A program made the position numbers and the translations under genes. Positions 24,501 through 37,020 of a stretch of DNA of 64,000 nucleotides are shown here, piece by piece. The number at the start of each line of letters is the position of its first letter. Within the stretch, counting starts at the first letter, position 1. The stretch lies in the NCBI RefSeq assembly GCF_000143415.4, contig NW_003314312.1, positions 1,377,713 to 1,441,712 of the forward strand, given 5' to 3'. Source of the stretch: Selaginella moellendorffii (Eukaryota > Plantae > Lycopodiophyta). A model generated the notes under the pieces. That model saw only the letters and a program-made list of their open reading frames with translations. It made no database searches and was not told the DNA's origin.

Positions 24501-25436
24501 GCAAAATTCGAGATGGCGGACCTTGGTGAGCTGCATTACTGCCTTGGAATCCAAGTACGACGCAACAAGAGACATGGGATTCTCGAGCTCTCTCAAGAAA
24601 AATACATCCTGGATGTACTTCAGAGGTACTCTATGCTCCATGCTAATCCTGTGGCCACTCCTATGCCCGCAGGCCTTAAGCTTTCTAAAGCTTCTACATC
24701 CGAGACATATCGCACTGCCGGGAGGAGAAAAGCGCCAGAACTCTCTACCGTTCGATGGTCGGCATGTGATTTCAACAAGGCCGGATTTAGCCTACCCGGT
24801 AGGCTGCGTGGCAAAGTACTTGGAAAATCCATCGCAAGAACTGCTGTTAAGAGAATCCTGCGGTACGTTGCTGGAACTAAGCACTACTCTCTTCAGTTCT
24901 CCAGACGAGAGAGCTCCACAACGAGCTTGGTTGGCTTCTCTGATGCCGACTGGGCGGGAGACATAGATGACAGGAGATCAACGACAGGCTACGTCTTCCT
25001 CCTGAATGGGAACGTGGTGAGCTGGTGCTCAAAGAAGTAGGTTATCACAGCCATGTCCTCAACGGAATCAGAATACGTAGCAGCAGCAGCAGCAGTAGCA
25101 AAAGAAGCAGTGTGGCTGAGCAAGCTGCTTGAAGACTTGCGAATCCGAGTCCCTCCCATCAAGCTTTGGTGTGACAATCAGTCTGCCATTGCTCTCACAA
25201 GGAACTCTCAATTCCATTCAAGAACGAAGCACATTGAACTGAGGTTCCATTCCATCAGGGAACTCATCAACAAAGGCAAAATTCTTCTGGAAATTTGTCC
25301 TACCAACACAATGCTGGTGGAGGTCCTGACCAAGGCTCTACCTTGTGTACAGCATCAAGTCGTCCTAAAGACACTCAAGCTAGGTGACAGAAACCTTGAG
25401 GAGGAGTGTCAGGAAGCACAACGTCCATGTCACTAG
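21544..25436 (+). mobile_element. Ty1/copia retrotransposon, degenerate gag-pol
   Basis: KFTGENFATW, CCHC knuckle, WLDSGASYHM, LWHARLGH, LRTDGGGEY/PQQNGVAER, YVDD and DADWAGD in copia order. PPT near 25396-25406. Many frameshifts; no matching LTR pair recognised. Confidence 0.92.
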
Positions 25437-25556
25437 CTACATCACATATCTTCACCAACCAGCAAAAGTTGCCATAACGACCAAAATGCAATGAAGTAGC
25501 TACCAAGCTGTTTCCACAAATCCTACAATGGAAGTAGCCCATAATCCTGGCTCTAG

Positions 25557-25672
25557 GAATTCCCCAAGAACCTCTCCAGCATGAACTTCAATGGTATTTG
25601 ATGTTCCAAAGGATGCAACCACATTCTTGCATGTCTATGCTATTGGAAGGGATCCAGCCACATGGGATGAAA
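25557..25672. pseudogene. Distal fragment of P450 type B copy 2 (PERF region; part locally inverted)
   Basis: 25557-25594 is the reverse complement of about 13622-13660, and 25596-25672 matches about 13546-13622 in direct orientation. Confidence 0.75.
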
Positions 25673-27439
25673 CTTGCAGTTTTGAGATGAAACGAACAAA
25701 GAGTGAACCCTAGGTCAACTTCCCAACTTTTTAAGGCATTCCAACCTTAAATCCCATAGGCCATAGAAGATTCTCAAATTATTTTTGTGGTTTATGTCAT
25801 TCTCCCCTTTCTCATGACTTAGCCATTAATGGTAGTCTTGAGAAGGTAAACAAGCCTCACATGAAGAGAGTCCAAAGTAATATAACTATGGAGAAAAGAT
25901 GTGTAAATGGCATTATTAACATTGCAACAAAATGAAAGAAAGAAAGTAAATATGGTTTTCTCGTGATAATATGGTCACAGAAACAAAGGAATGAGAATAA
26001 CGCAAATGGCTCAAATAATATAATTATAGAACTCAATTCTCTCCTTCTTTAGGAATGTTATTTAAATCATAACAAAAACACTCTTTTCATGTTATCCTCA
26101 GTTTCTTATGTAACTTCCTTCATGCAATAACCATTCTATTGAACTAACACTTCATGAGTTCTCTTATAGCGTGTTTTCATCAATTTTTGAGCAAAAATAT
26201 TAGTTAGATCAACCTTCTCAAAATTAATTTTTAGGACCTAGATGATGGATTGATTCACGACATCATTAGAGTGCAAATACAATTTAATTTTACTTACATG
26301 GAACGTTGGATGAATTTTCAAACTAGCTGGCAAGTTTAAAGTGTAACAAAAATCCCTTATTTATTGTAAAATTGTCCAAAGCTTGTAATAGCATTGCCAC
26401 CTCCTTTTAGAGATTGTTGTGCATCTGACAACTTCAGAAAAACCTTGTCACCAACTTTGTACTCCTAATGACTATGATGTTCATCAACTAATCTCTTATC
26501 TTGTATTTAAGCTTGTCTCATATTCAACTTTGCCAACTCAAGCTTGTTTTGTATATCCTCTAGAAAATCACAAATATAAGACATTTGAACCAAAGCCAAA
26601 CTCAAACTCACAGAAGATATAGGCTTATAACCATACATTGCCATAAATGGACTCAATTGATAAGGAGCATGGACCATTTTTAACCTCATGAGTTGAAGTG
26701 TTGAGCTCGCAAGTTGAGCTCAAGTTTCAATTGTAATTTAATACAAACATTATAAACTTTAAAATATTAAGGTTATGATAAACTTAATAATTTTACAACA
26801 CTCTACACATTTTATAGATTAAAATGTTCTAAATATTTACTATATACTATCTTTTATTAATTATATAAAGTATAATAAGTTTATATTATTAATAGAGAAT
26901 AAACATTAATAGTTTTGGCAAATCTAGTTAGCTCTAAAAATGTAGTACATATGCTTGTAAGGAGTATATACCTTCCCACGTTCCTCACACTTAGTAAAGT
27001 CTGGATATATGCAAAGAGAAAAATCTTGAATGGCAATTGTGTACTTTTTAGGTATTGCATTAAGGTTATTCATTTCAATTTGCTTTGTATAGTTGGCATC
27101 GGTGTTGTAGCAATACAGCCAACACTATCTAAAAAATTTTGCTTGTTTTTATTCCCCATAGAAATATGGGGTTGAACAAAAGTAAATTTGTCACTATGGA
27201 TCTAGGCCCATCATTTGCCTCTTAGAAGCATCCTCACACATTTTATATTTGATTTTATTGGCACTCAATTTGTTGAGTGCACTTTCACAACTTGGGGAGG
27301 AGGAACAAAAAAAAAATGTCAAAGGAGGAGTAAGAAAAAAATGTATGGAAGCAATCAAATGAAATTGGTAGCATTATTGTTTGACTTCCCACTTATGTGC
27401 TGGATTTTTTTTGCTCTTGATCTCACACTCTCACACATT

Positions 27440-27645
27440 TAATCTCTCACAATCTCAATTTCAACTCACATACTCAATCTCTCGCACTTTCAATCTCTCT
27501 CTCTCTCTCGCTCTCTTGCTCTCTTGATCTCTCCCACTCCCGCACTCGATCTCTCCCACTCCCACGCTCAATCTCTCCCACTTGTACACGCTTGATCTCT
27601 TGTGCCCAAACCCTAATCCTGACAGCTGCCCTAACCCTAAAAAAT
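27440..27645. repeat. CT-rich low-complexity tract followed by AAACCCTAA/CCCTAA (telo-box-like) motifs
   Basis: (CT)n-like tracts, AAACCCTAAT near 27608 and CCCTAACCCTAA near 27629; typical of plant 5' regions. Confidence 0.5.
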
Positions 27646-28868
27646 CTCTCATCCTGGCTATTCATTCAGACTTAAATCTCAGCCATCATGATATCTTCAA
27701 TCTTATTTTATGACAATATAACTAGCACTTGTCAATATTTCAGTTATTAGAGAAATGATATTATTTTTTCTAAATTATCTAGAAAGGATGCATTCTCATC
27801 AATATTTTATACATATTTTGGAATCATTACAAAAAAATTTAAGAGTATAAATAAGGCACGACAAAATATGTTGTACGATATTAATCTATAAATGGATGAA
27901 TCCTCATCCATAAATTTATTTTTTATTATATTAGAACCTAAACAATAGGTATGTGCTTTAAATGTGATTAACTAGTGTTCATAATTATGGATAAAACCCA
28001 ACTTGTATTTAGAATTGAATCTGTTATTGAAGAATTATTATTACTTAGCCTTAAGATTTGACAAGATTTATCATCACCTAGACATAAAATTTGACAACCT
28101 AACACTTCACACGTGTTGACAGTCAGATTGGATCACTTAGATCTACATGCCATAGTAGAATGTCATTACTGACATCACGACTAACAATCAGACTTCATGT
28201 ATTGAAAATTCTTTCTTGGATCTTTGTGTATATATGCATCAAACATCATAACAGATGACAATAACATTACAATTATCACATTTGCACATATTATATATGT
28301 TGTAGTATTTATATTCACTTTGTATATTATTGACCTTCTTCTTATTGCTCTCCTTAAATTCTAATTTATGTGTCATTATGAATTTTTACAAGCAACATAA
28401 AGAGAGAGAGAATTTTAAAACCTATTGAGAAGGATGGAAAGGTTTCTTCTACATTTTTAAGATCACCCACTTCTTTCATTCTCTTAAAGTATTGTTTTTG
28501 AAATTTTTTTATGTCAACATTTTGATTTTCATTTTGGCTCTATTTTGTTAAAGGCTGTGATTCGCCAAAACACCGGTATAATTGCATGCTCAGAGTTTCT
28601 TTTTTCCGGTGTGGGTGAGGGTGGACAGCAATGGGATTTATAGAATTCCAAATTGAAGGAGATTCAAGTTTTTGGATCTTCAATCAAAATGCTAAGATGC
28701 GCTTCAGCTAAAATGAATATGAAGCAAGAGTTAATTATCATCCTCTCCTCCTCCTTTAGTTCAAATGGAGAAGTCATATTAGTGCTAGTGCTAAATTCAC
28801 TGTCTCTATCTTCACCAATATTCAAATTTGTTAATAATGTTTTCTAGTTTTTATGCCTCTCAATCGAT

Positions 28869-30900
28869 GTGTACTTGTTTTTGTATAGGCCCATGAGTGA
28901 GCTTCCATCCTCCTATAACAACAACATTTTCTTTGAACTACCACCTCTTGTCAGTAGTATAGGTTCCAAATGGAAAGGGATGGAAACCAAACAGGATGTC
29001 CACAAATGGTGCAAGATCAAAACTAGACACTTCAAACATTTCAAAGGTATGGTATCTATAGTTTATTGTGGTGGGTATTTAGATTGCGTGAATGAAGTAT
29101 GTAATCAAGATTGCTGTAGAAATTCTATATTTTTTGAAGGGTTTGCAATCAATTCTCCTGCTCATGACACCATTGTTATTGGATTCAAGTGTCGATTTTG
29201 CAAAAAGTGCTCCTTTATGCTATCTACAAGGCTAGGATGTATTATTTTTTTCCAAAGGATGGAGTGGTTGGAAGAGCTATGGTGTATGTTGGCACACATA
29301 TGCATCCAATGCAGGAAGGGATACAAAGGAGTTCTCTCAATTGTTTCAAAGATGCTGTGTAAGAAAAAGCTATAAGAAACTCATTTGCAATTCCAAAGAA
29401 TATTTAGAAAACCGTCCTTAAGGATTTTATTGCAAGCACCATACTCAATTCGAGTTGCCAAAATACTCAACTAAACAAAGTTATCTTGCCGGACTTACTA
29501 TGAGGCATACAACTTGCTACTAGCTTGAGGAGGTACATCCATTGTAATTCACATATTATAATAATATCTTTTTCTTACATTATATTATTTTGGATAAAAT
29601 TTGGATGTGTGAATCTCGAGAGAGGAAGTTGCAATAAAAAACTGATTCCATCCTTAAATTGAAATGAACTTGTTCATATGAGTTCAACCATAGAAGTTGG
29701 TTTCTAGATAAAGTTGTGAATGAGCAAGAGCACCTCTTCATGTTCAAAATATTTATGATGGGCCCTACCTTAAGTGTAGATCTTGTTTCCTGAATAGATA
29801 TGTCTAAGTTTAATGACCTTGCAAATGCATGGGTACATTTTGACCATATGGAATGTATATCAAGTTGGACAACTATGGAAGGTCATGTGTATAATCCAAA
29901 GTAATTTATTCTCATTATATTAAAATGGTTGTAATATTTATATTTTCACAAGCTACGTTGTAATTTGATAATTGTGACAGTAGAGTTTAAAGTACAAGAC
30001 CAAACAGCCCAAGAATTATTTTGAAGGTCCCTCTCCAATATTGTGCTAAAGCAGGCTAGTAAGGTTGCAAACCTTTGTGGTTTCATGTTAGATGGGGCTA
30101 GTGCAAATTGGAATAGTGTCTAAGCAATTTTTGGAAATGGTCAACTAATGGAAGGTTGTAAGAGGACTTGTCAGTTCCATTGGGCAAAAAGCATAAACCA
30201 ACATTGCCACCTTATCAAGCTAAAATTTCACTAAGTGTTTAAGGAGTTGTGCAAATAATGGGCAAGTTGCATCCTCTGAAGAAGAGCATAAAGCAAAGGC
30301 AAATGAAATTTAGATATGGTAGCATAAAGATGGCTATGTAGATACAAGTTGCCTACCTCAACTTGAGTCATGGTTAGGGTGGTGGGAAGTTATAATATTC
30401 CAGTGGGGACATCACTCCATATTGGTTTCTATTTTTTCTTTTCATTTATTACCTCTTCATATCATCTTTTCCATTAGGATCAACCACTTGAGAACCTCAT
30501 ATACACCCCAATTGTGAATCTTTCTAAAAGTAAGCACTAGAGCTGGCATTCCTTTGAGGCAGGGAAAGGGAAAATGAATTTATATAAAGTGTGTCTATCA
30601 GATTTGATACGCGCTATAGAGCAGTAGTCAAAGCATTAGCATTTGAGGAAGGAAAATATGTAGGAACAAAGCTTTCTGTTGACATGTTATATGATAGGAT
30701 GAAGAGAAAATTGATTCCACCAGCTCGAACGGTGGCAACTGTAGTTGAAGAAGTGCTCTATGACATATCTATGGAGTACACTCTTCGGGCTTCTATTGGT
30801 GATATGAAGACTATCTACTCAAAGCGTCACTTTTCTTTTGCTAGTGAAGATGTTGGCATGAACCTTGGAGCAAAAAGCTCTTTGATATTAAGTATTATTC
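28869..30900 (+). pseudogene. Diverged MULE-like transposase (copy C)
   Basis: YNNNIFFELP..GMETKQD..WCKIKT..YCGG...C zinc domain. Downstream WVHFDHMEC, GFMLDGASANW and TCQFHWAKS correspond to the DDE core of copies A and B; many stops. Confidence 0.8.
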
Positions 30901-31309
30901 TACTCTAAAACACCGCCCCCAGACAAAGGATGGAGAAATGTACCCAACAATGTTTGCGAGAGTTCCAAAGGCATAGAAAATAAAATGCCCTTGGGAGTTA
31001 AAGCTCCTAAGGGCCCCTACACTATACCAGAAGGAAATTGTCAATGCTAGCAATGATGGCGATGCAAGTGATGATGAAGAGGAGGATGAGGAAGCTCTAT
31101 CAAGCTCACATTCCACCATCAGATGGTCAGACTCAAGCTCTAATTCCACCATCAAACATCTAGAATCCATATCAGATTCCACCAGCAAATGACAATGATC
31201 AAGTGGTTCATAGAATATCATGTTAACCTCGCCGTAAGCAAAAATGACTTTTGCAAAGCAAAGGTGGTAGCACATGTTTTTTTGTAAAAATGACTGTTGG
31301 TAGTAATTT

Positions 31310-32490
31310 CATTCCAACTCAACGAGATGCTTGTGATAAGGAGTTGGAGGAACTCTCATTGACAACATGCCATATGATAATAGCATATTATTCCTTAGTT
31401 TTCTCATTCACTTAGCTCTTCTATAAGTTCATCCTCTTTCCCCAATAACACACTAAGGCTCTGTGGGTGTCTTTATTGGCTTTTATAATAGATTGCTGAC
31501 ATCTTTCATAGAAGATGATATAAACATGGATATACAGCACTAGTTGGACCATTAGTGCCAAACGATACAAAAGCCCTTACTTCTAGTTACGTACTTCATT
31601 CTCTTTGACTTTCCAAACAGTCTTTTAGATATTAATGGGAAAGTTGAGGATTGGAACTTTCTTACACTTGACCATATGCATGATGCATTCCTCTTGTCAG
31701 AAACACTTATGCTTAAAGTTGGTTATGTCATTTTTATCCTACCCAACAACCTCAACTAGATATATGAGCTTATGATGTGTGCAACAAAAGTTCATTTCAA
31801 GTCTTTCTCTTCCAGATGCATTATGGATCCTATTGGCATCGATATTAAGTGTCCAAGGGAAGCCTAAAAAGGTGAGTAGGTATTTTTATATTTTAATCTA
31901 ATTTATAAATTTTCTTATTTTCTAGGTTATGATGTGGACCTATCATGCTTTTTATAGAAACGTGCATAATGCGTTTCATGATAATGACCATGTGGCATAT
32001 GTTTTTCCTGGGTATGATAATTCCACTAACATCATACCCAACCTTGTGGATAAACAGATCCATAACACATTTTTAGAGTATCGATTTTGAACTCCATCGG
32101 TGATGCAAGTCTTGTTTGAGCTCTATTGCCCACTAGATGGTGTTGTAATTGATTGCATAGCAAGTTGCAATTCTATGGTGGAGGCACCACATGTCTCTGG
32201 TAAATGGGTGTTTGTTATTGACTTTTTCAAACATCAGCTCAGAGGATTTCGTGAGCTGCCTACAACCTTAAGGAGGTAAATTATGTTTATTAAAATTTCA
32301 ATACATACTTAGTTCTATTTTATAGATCATAATCATTTAGAGTTTTTAGAATTAGAGGCTTTAGAAGTCTCCCCGACTATGCAAAAACCATTGCCCAATA
32401 AATGCAAGGTGAATCTTCCCCATAATACCAATATAGGAGGAGGCATAAAAGAAATCAATATGTTGATGATGAGGCAAGAAAAAGTTAATT
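31310..32490 (+). pseudogene. Beta-class DNA amino-methyltransferase homologue (copy C), tandem with transposase C
   Basis: Manual translation: FILFDFPN near 31595-31620; exon from 31926 reads VMMWTYHA...MQVLFELYCPLDGVVIDCIASCNSMVEA..SGKWVFVID. Collinear with 55581-56434. Confidence 0.7.
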
Positions 32491-33392
32491 GCATCCTTAT
32501 ATGAAATAAAAAACCTATTATATATCAAATGTCAATGACAGTGTTATAAAATGTCTATGATAGTGTCAAATGTCAGTGACACTGTCAGTGTTAGATATCA
32601 TAATTGCAAATTGTCATTCTTGCTTATCACCATCACTCTATAGCACTTTTGTGTTGCCATCTCATCTTTCAATATCTTATAAATAATTATATGTGAAGTG
32701 ATAATATTGTTTGTGTGGCAATTGTGGCAGTGCTCAAGAAAATTATTGAAACCTATAGAAATGAATTTTTGACCCAAGACAAAAAGGCATATTGGGTACT
32801 TTAGAATCAAACTCTCAATGTGTTCACTAATTCCCATTAAATTAGAATGACTATTGCGTTGATCTGAAGGCCGGCAAGTGAGCCTACACATTTTCTTCTT
32901 TCAAGTAATTCCTAAATTGAATATTACATTTCTAATACCTTATTTGTTGTAATCATTTTGTAGTGGATATTCCACTCTAGAATAAGATATGTTATCTATA
33001 ACTATTATCATTTCAATATATATATATAGTCTTTTAAAAAAACAATAAAGCAATCCTAGATCTTACATTTCCACTATAGAGTGGCTTGAAAACCCCATAT
33101 TTTGCACTAGCCAATGCAATGTTTCCCAAGAGGATGTTATTCTTCACCATGAAGTGATAGTGTGTATATGTATCTGTAATTCATTCTTGAATTTATTATA
33201 CATCTATGCGTGCATATTTTCTAAACTTATTATTGGGAAATTGCTACAATGCTCAAGAAAATTTTATAGACCTATAGAGCCATTTGTCTTGTCCAAAAAA
33301 AAGTAGTATATTGAACATCAAATATAATAACATTCTATGCTTTCAAACTATCTTGTTGTGTCAGGAGTAGAATATTGCAAAAACATATAGCA

Positions 33393-33620
33393 CTACTCTT
33401 GAAGTGCTAAAGGCAATCCCTTTCTAGTAAGAAAATCTAGAATTTCATATATAAGGAGCTTTAATTTAGCTTCACTAAAGCCCCCAACAGAAAGAGGATT
33501 ATTATGTGGAGGTGAAGTTGAAATGTTGGTAAAACTTGGGGATGAGGTGGAGATTAATATGAAATACTGGGGATCAAGTACGAATAGCAATGACTTTCCT
33601 TTCAACCATTTTTATGTAAA
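33393..33620 (-). pseudogene. Possible NB-ARC/STAND NTPase relic
   Basis: KWLKGKSLLFVLD (Walker B-like), ILISTS, GGFSEAK and KGLPLAL occur in NB-ARC order; no clear Walker A. Confidence 0.4.
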
Positions 33621-36600
33621 CCTTTCAGCTTTGCAAAGAGCTCAACAAAAGAACTATGGCAACTATAACTTCTCTTGCTAATTTATATACTAAGTTTTGT
33701 CTTAGGAAAGATTATTTATTATGACACTAATAATACTTAGATTCATGAAGTGTCAATCTTGAAAATGGGGCTTCATAATCATAGCTTACTTGCAAACATA
33801 AAAGGTTCTAGAATTCTAACTTATCATGTATACAAATGCTCTATCATTCTAATGATAATATACTCCACTAAGCATATATTGTTTTTTACATATATACCTT
33901 TCTAGGACTATAGACCACATTATAATGGTGGGGTATATTTGCACTTTAGCATTTTTTTTATATGAGAATACTTTTCAATCTTGGAAATGTAGATAGATTG
34001 GATTCTTTGATATGATTACTTTTGAGTGATTTCAATTTCTATTATTATTATTCAAAAACAACTCCCAAAAACTCTTAGTGGGGATTCACTGTGAAAATAT
34101 ACCTTGCCTTTCTCATATGAGAGGATTGGGATATAATCAATCAAGTGGAGATTTTTATATAAATTATTATATAAATTAAAAATTTCATGAAAAGGTTTAT
34201 AAAGTAGATTTGTTTGTGCTCTCCACCGTGTTATTCATTTCTTCATTTCTCTTGCTCTTGACTATTGTTTCAGAAGTAATAAAAACATTTTTATCAATAG
34301 TGATATTGGTCTCCAGAATGGGTAATAAAGATCAAAAATGTAATATAGAGATTGTGATAGTGAAATAAAGTTAACATTTTCACATTCCTTAATACTACAA
34401 CTCTTACTTACAATTTTTTTGTTTTCCTTTCTTTCCATATTTTCAAGAATCCTAGAAAAAACTTTCGAATGAAGGAAAATTATGTAAATATATTAGCTGT
34501 AAAATTATTCAAAATATGTAATTAAATCAAAATATGACAGCTGTAACAATGGTCATAGTAAAATAATATAGCTTTAGAAAAGATAGGTTCTCATTTTTAA
34601 ATGGCTCATTCCAATAAAAACTTTTGACCAAGGTATTTCTATGTTTCAATATTTTAAAGTTTGTTAGAACCTTCATTTCTTCAATTTAGATTTCTTTTAT
34701 AAGGCTTCTAGTTAACGGCATTGACTTGTATTGAGTTGAGCTCAATTCAACTTTAGACTATCCACTTGATAAGCACTATTATAAGTAAATTGAAGTAAAG
34801 GCAAGTACTTCTATACTCCTTGACAAGTCAAATATCCTATAAAAGACTTTAGCATATCTTTCAACAACTTATTCATATGTTTTGTCTGCCTATCTGATTG
34901 TGGATGTTTACAACTACTTATGCTCAGCTTAATATTAGTTTCTCAAATACCATTTCCCAAAACTTGGACATGAACATGGGACTGAATAATTAGCTTACAA
35001 ATAACTAAACAAGTTTAAAAGTTTTAATTGCTATCTTTACTAGGAAAAAGTGAGCCATCTTCATAAAAAAATCCACAACAACTTAAATAACATCATTTCC
35101 TTAAAAAGTTTTGGGTAAACTAATGATAAAGTCCATCAAGATGCTATCCCACTTATTCTTAGCGAGCTTCTAATGATCAACTTTGACTGCTTAGCAGGTC
35201 AAATAACCATATTTATAATTCTTAATATCTAACTTCATCTCAGGCCAAAAACATACCTTTGCACCAACAGATATATTCTTAGTACCTCCAGATGTCTAGC
35301 ACTTGTCACATCATAATACTCAATCAAAATCCATTCAATGAAGTTTGTCAACACGAAGAACCACTATATATCCCTTTTTCACTAGGATTTCAGAAATGAT
35401 GCAAATTTATAACCTTTTAAATCTGTAGAGGCGTCCCTCGACAAAACCTTCACACAAATATCAATGATAAAGGAGCTGAAGTCAATAAACTCTTTAAACT
35501 CATCTAAAAGATTGTTGGACAGCTTTACAAACCAAATGGACTTTACCATTCTAGATAATGTATTAACCATTTTATTGTCACCTTTATGCTTGTATTAAAT
35601 TTTAACAAACATTTCCTATAGGAACTCTTGCCAATGAGCAAAACAACCTTGAAAATCCTTTTGACAACAAGAATATTGGAAAAACTGATAATTTAAATTC
35701 ATATAAAAGTATAATTAATGTCATCAATACCTTCACCCTTTTGCAAGAGGACAATTCTTACCCTAATGTTGAGCCTTGTGACAATGAAAATAATTATGTT
35801 CTTCTTTTGTTGGTCTAAATTAAATTTCTTAACTTTATTGCCATTTTCATTTTTGAGCCCCAATATAGCAATAGCTTTTTCTTCCCTAAATATGAAGCAT
35901 GTTATTACGTTGACTTTCACGTTGACCATTATGTTGACCATAGTTGACTGAGTTGATAAGTAGTTTAGGCAAAAATATCTGAGCTTCAGTAATAGCATTA
36001 GTCAACATTGCTAAAAAATCTTTTTTGACCTTTTGTTACACATCCACCAAGCTTAAACCTTTGATGAAATATTACACCTTTAGCAGTTTATTATAGATGC
36101 CTGTGAAACTAAGGTAAAGATCACAGAATTCTTAGTATATGCATTCAAAGATAAAATCCCCTACCTAATCTTTAGCCACTAGTTCATAAGATCAATCTCT
36201 TCAAATTTCTTGACAAACAAAGTGTAGAAAACTTTTGTCAAATTATTCCAAGAAGTTGACTTCAAATTAGCTTTAATATAATTCTTCCCCACAAAGAAGC
36301 ATAATCCATAAGTTTAATCACAAAAAAGTCAATCTTCACCTTTTCCTTATAAGGGTTATGAGACTAATAACTTTCCCACAATTCTGACCAAAAATTAACC
36401 TCTTGGGTGTCACAAACACGTGGTAGCAACTTTCATTTCACAATACTATAATTATTAGCATGTTTGACATACCAATGGTAATCACGGACACGAGATTGAT
36501 TTAACTTTAAGGGTATATGTGAAGTAAAAAATCCTTAATGAGATTGATAGAATCCTTAACCTCTTTAATGTTTTCCACACAACATCATCAAAAAAAATTT

Positions 36601-37020
36601 CCTCTTTGTTATAGCCATCATTACTAACACCATACTCCTTATTAAGATTTATATCCTATATTTAAACCAAGCCATAAAATATTCTTGGAATATTCCTATA
36701 GTTCAGATGCGAGGATGGAGGCAAAAGGTTTCCTTGATCACTACTTGCACATAATGGAGCTGCACAATGTTGTCTTCTCCAACCAGGCAAGAATTCCCCA
36801 TCTCTTCTTGAGCTTTTCCTAGCATCTCCGGGTGGTGAAGGAGCTCCAGGATTGACCACTTGATCACAGCAGCACTTGTGTCTGTTCCACCAGATATAAG
36901 CTCCTGGCATATATAGTTAAGAGACATCAAATCACGAGAGGAAGAACTTACCATGCTATTGGCCTTGACACTGTCCTCGCAATATGGTTCACATCAGCGA
37001 GTTTGTCCCACCGTGGCTCA

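Larger units (their letters stand above)
25680..36700 (-). mobile_element. Highly eroded AT-rich gypsy-like retroelement, itself interrupted at about 26660-34745
   Basis: Minus-strand remnants: CCHC-like knuckle near 35750-35800, RNase H end (MVNTLSR), integrase HPQSDRQT and LQFTYNSAYQ near 34770-34910, resuming as LSPFMAMYGYKP near 26650. Outer boundaries are approximate. Confidence 0.6.

Noticed and set aside
27461-27665. Arg/Glu-rich ORFs
   Set aside because: Translation artefacts of a (CT)n-like low-complexity tract.
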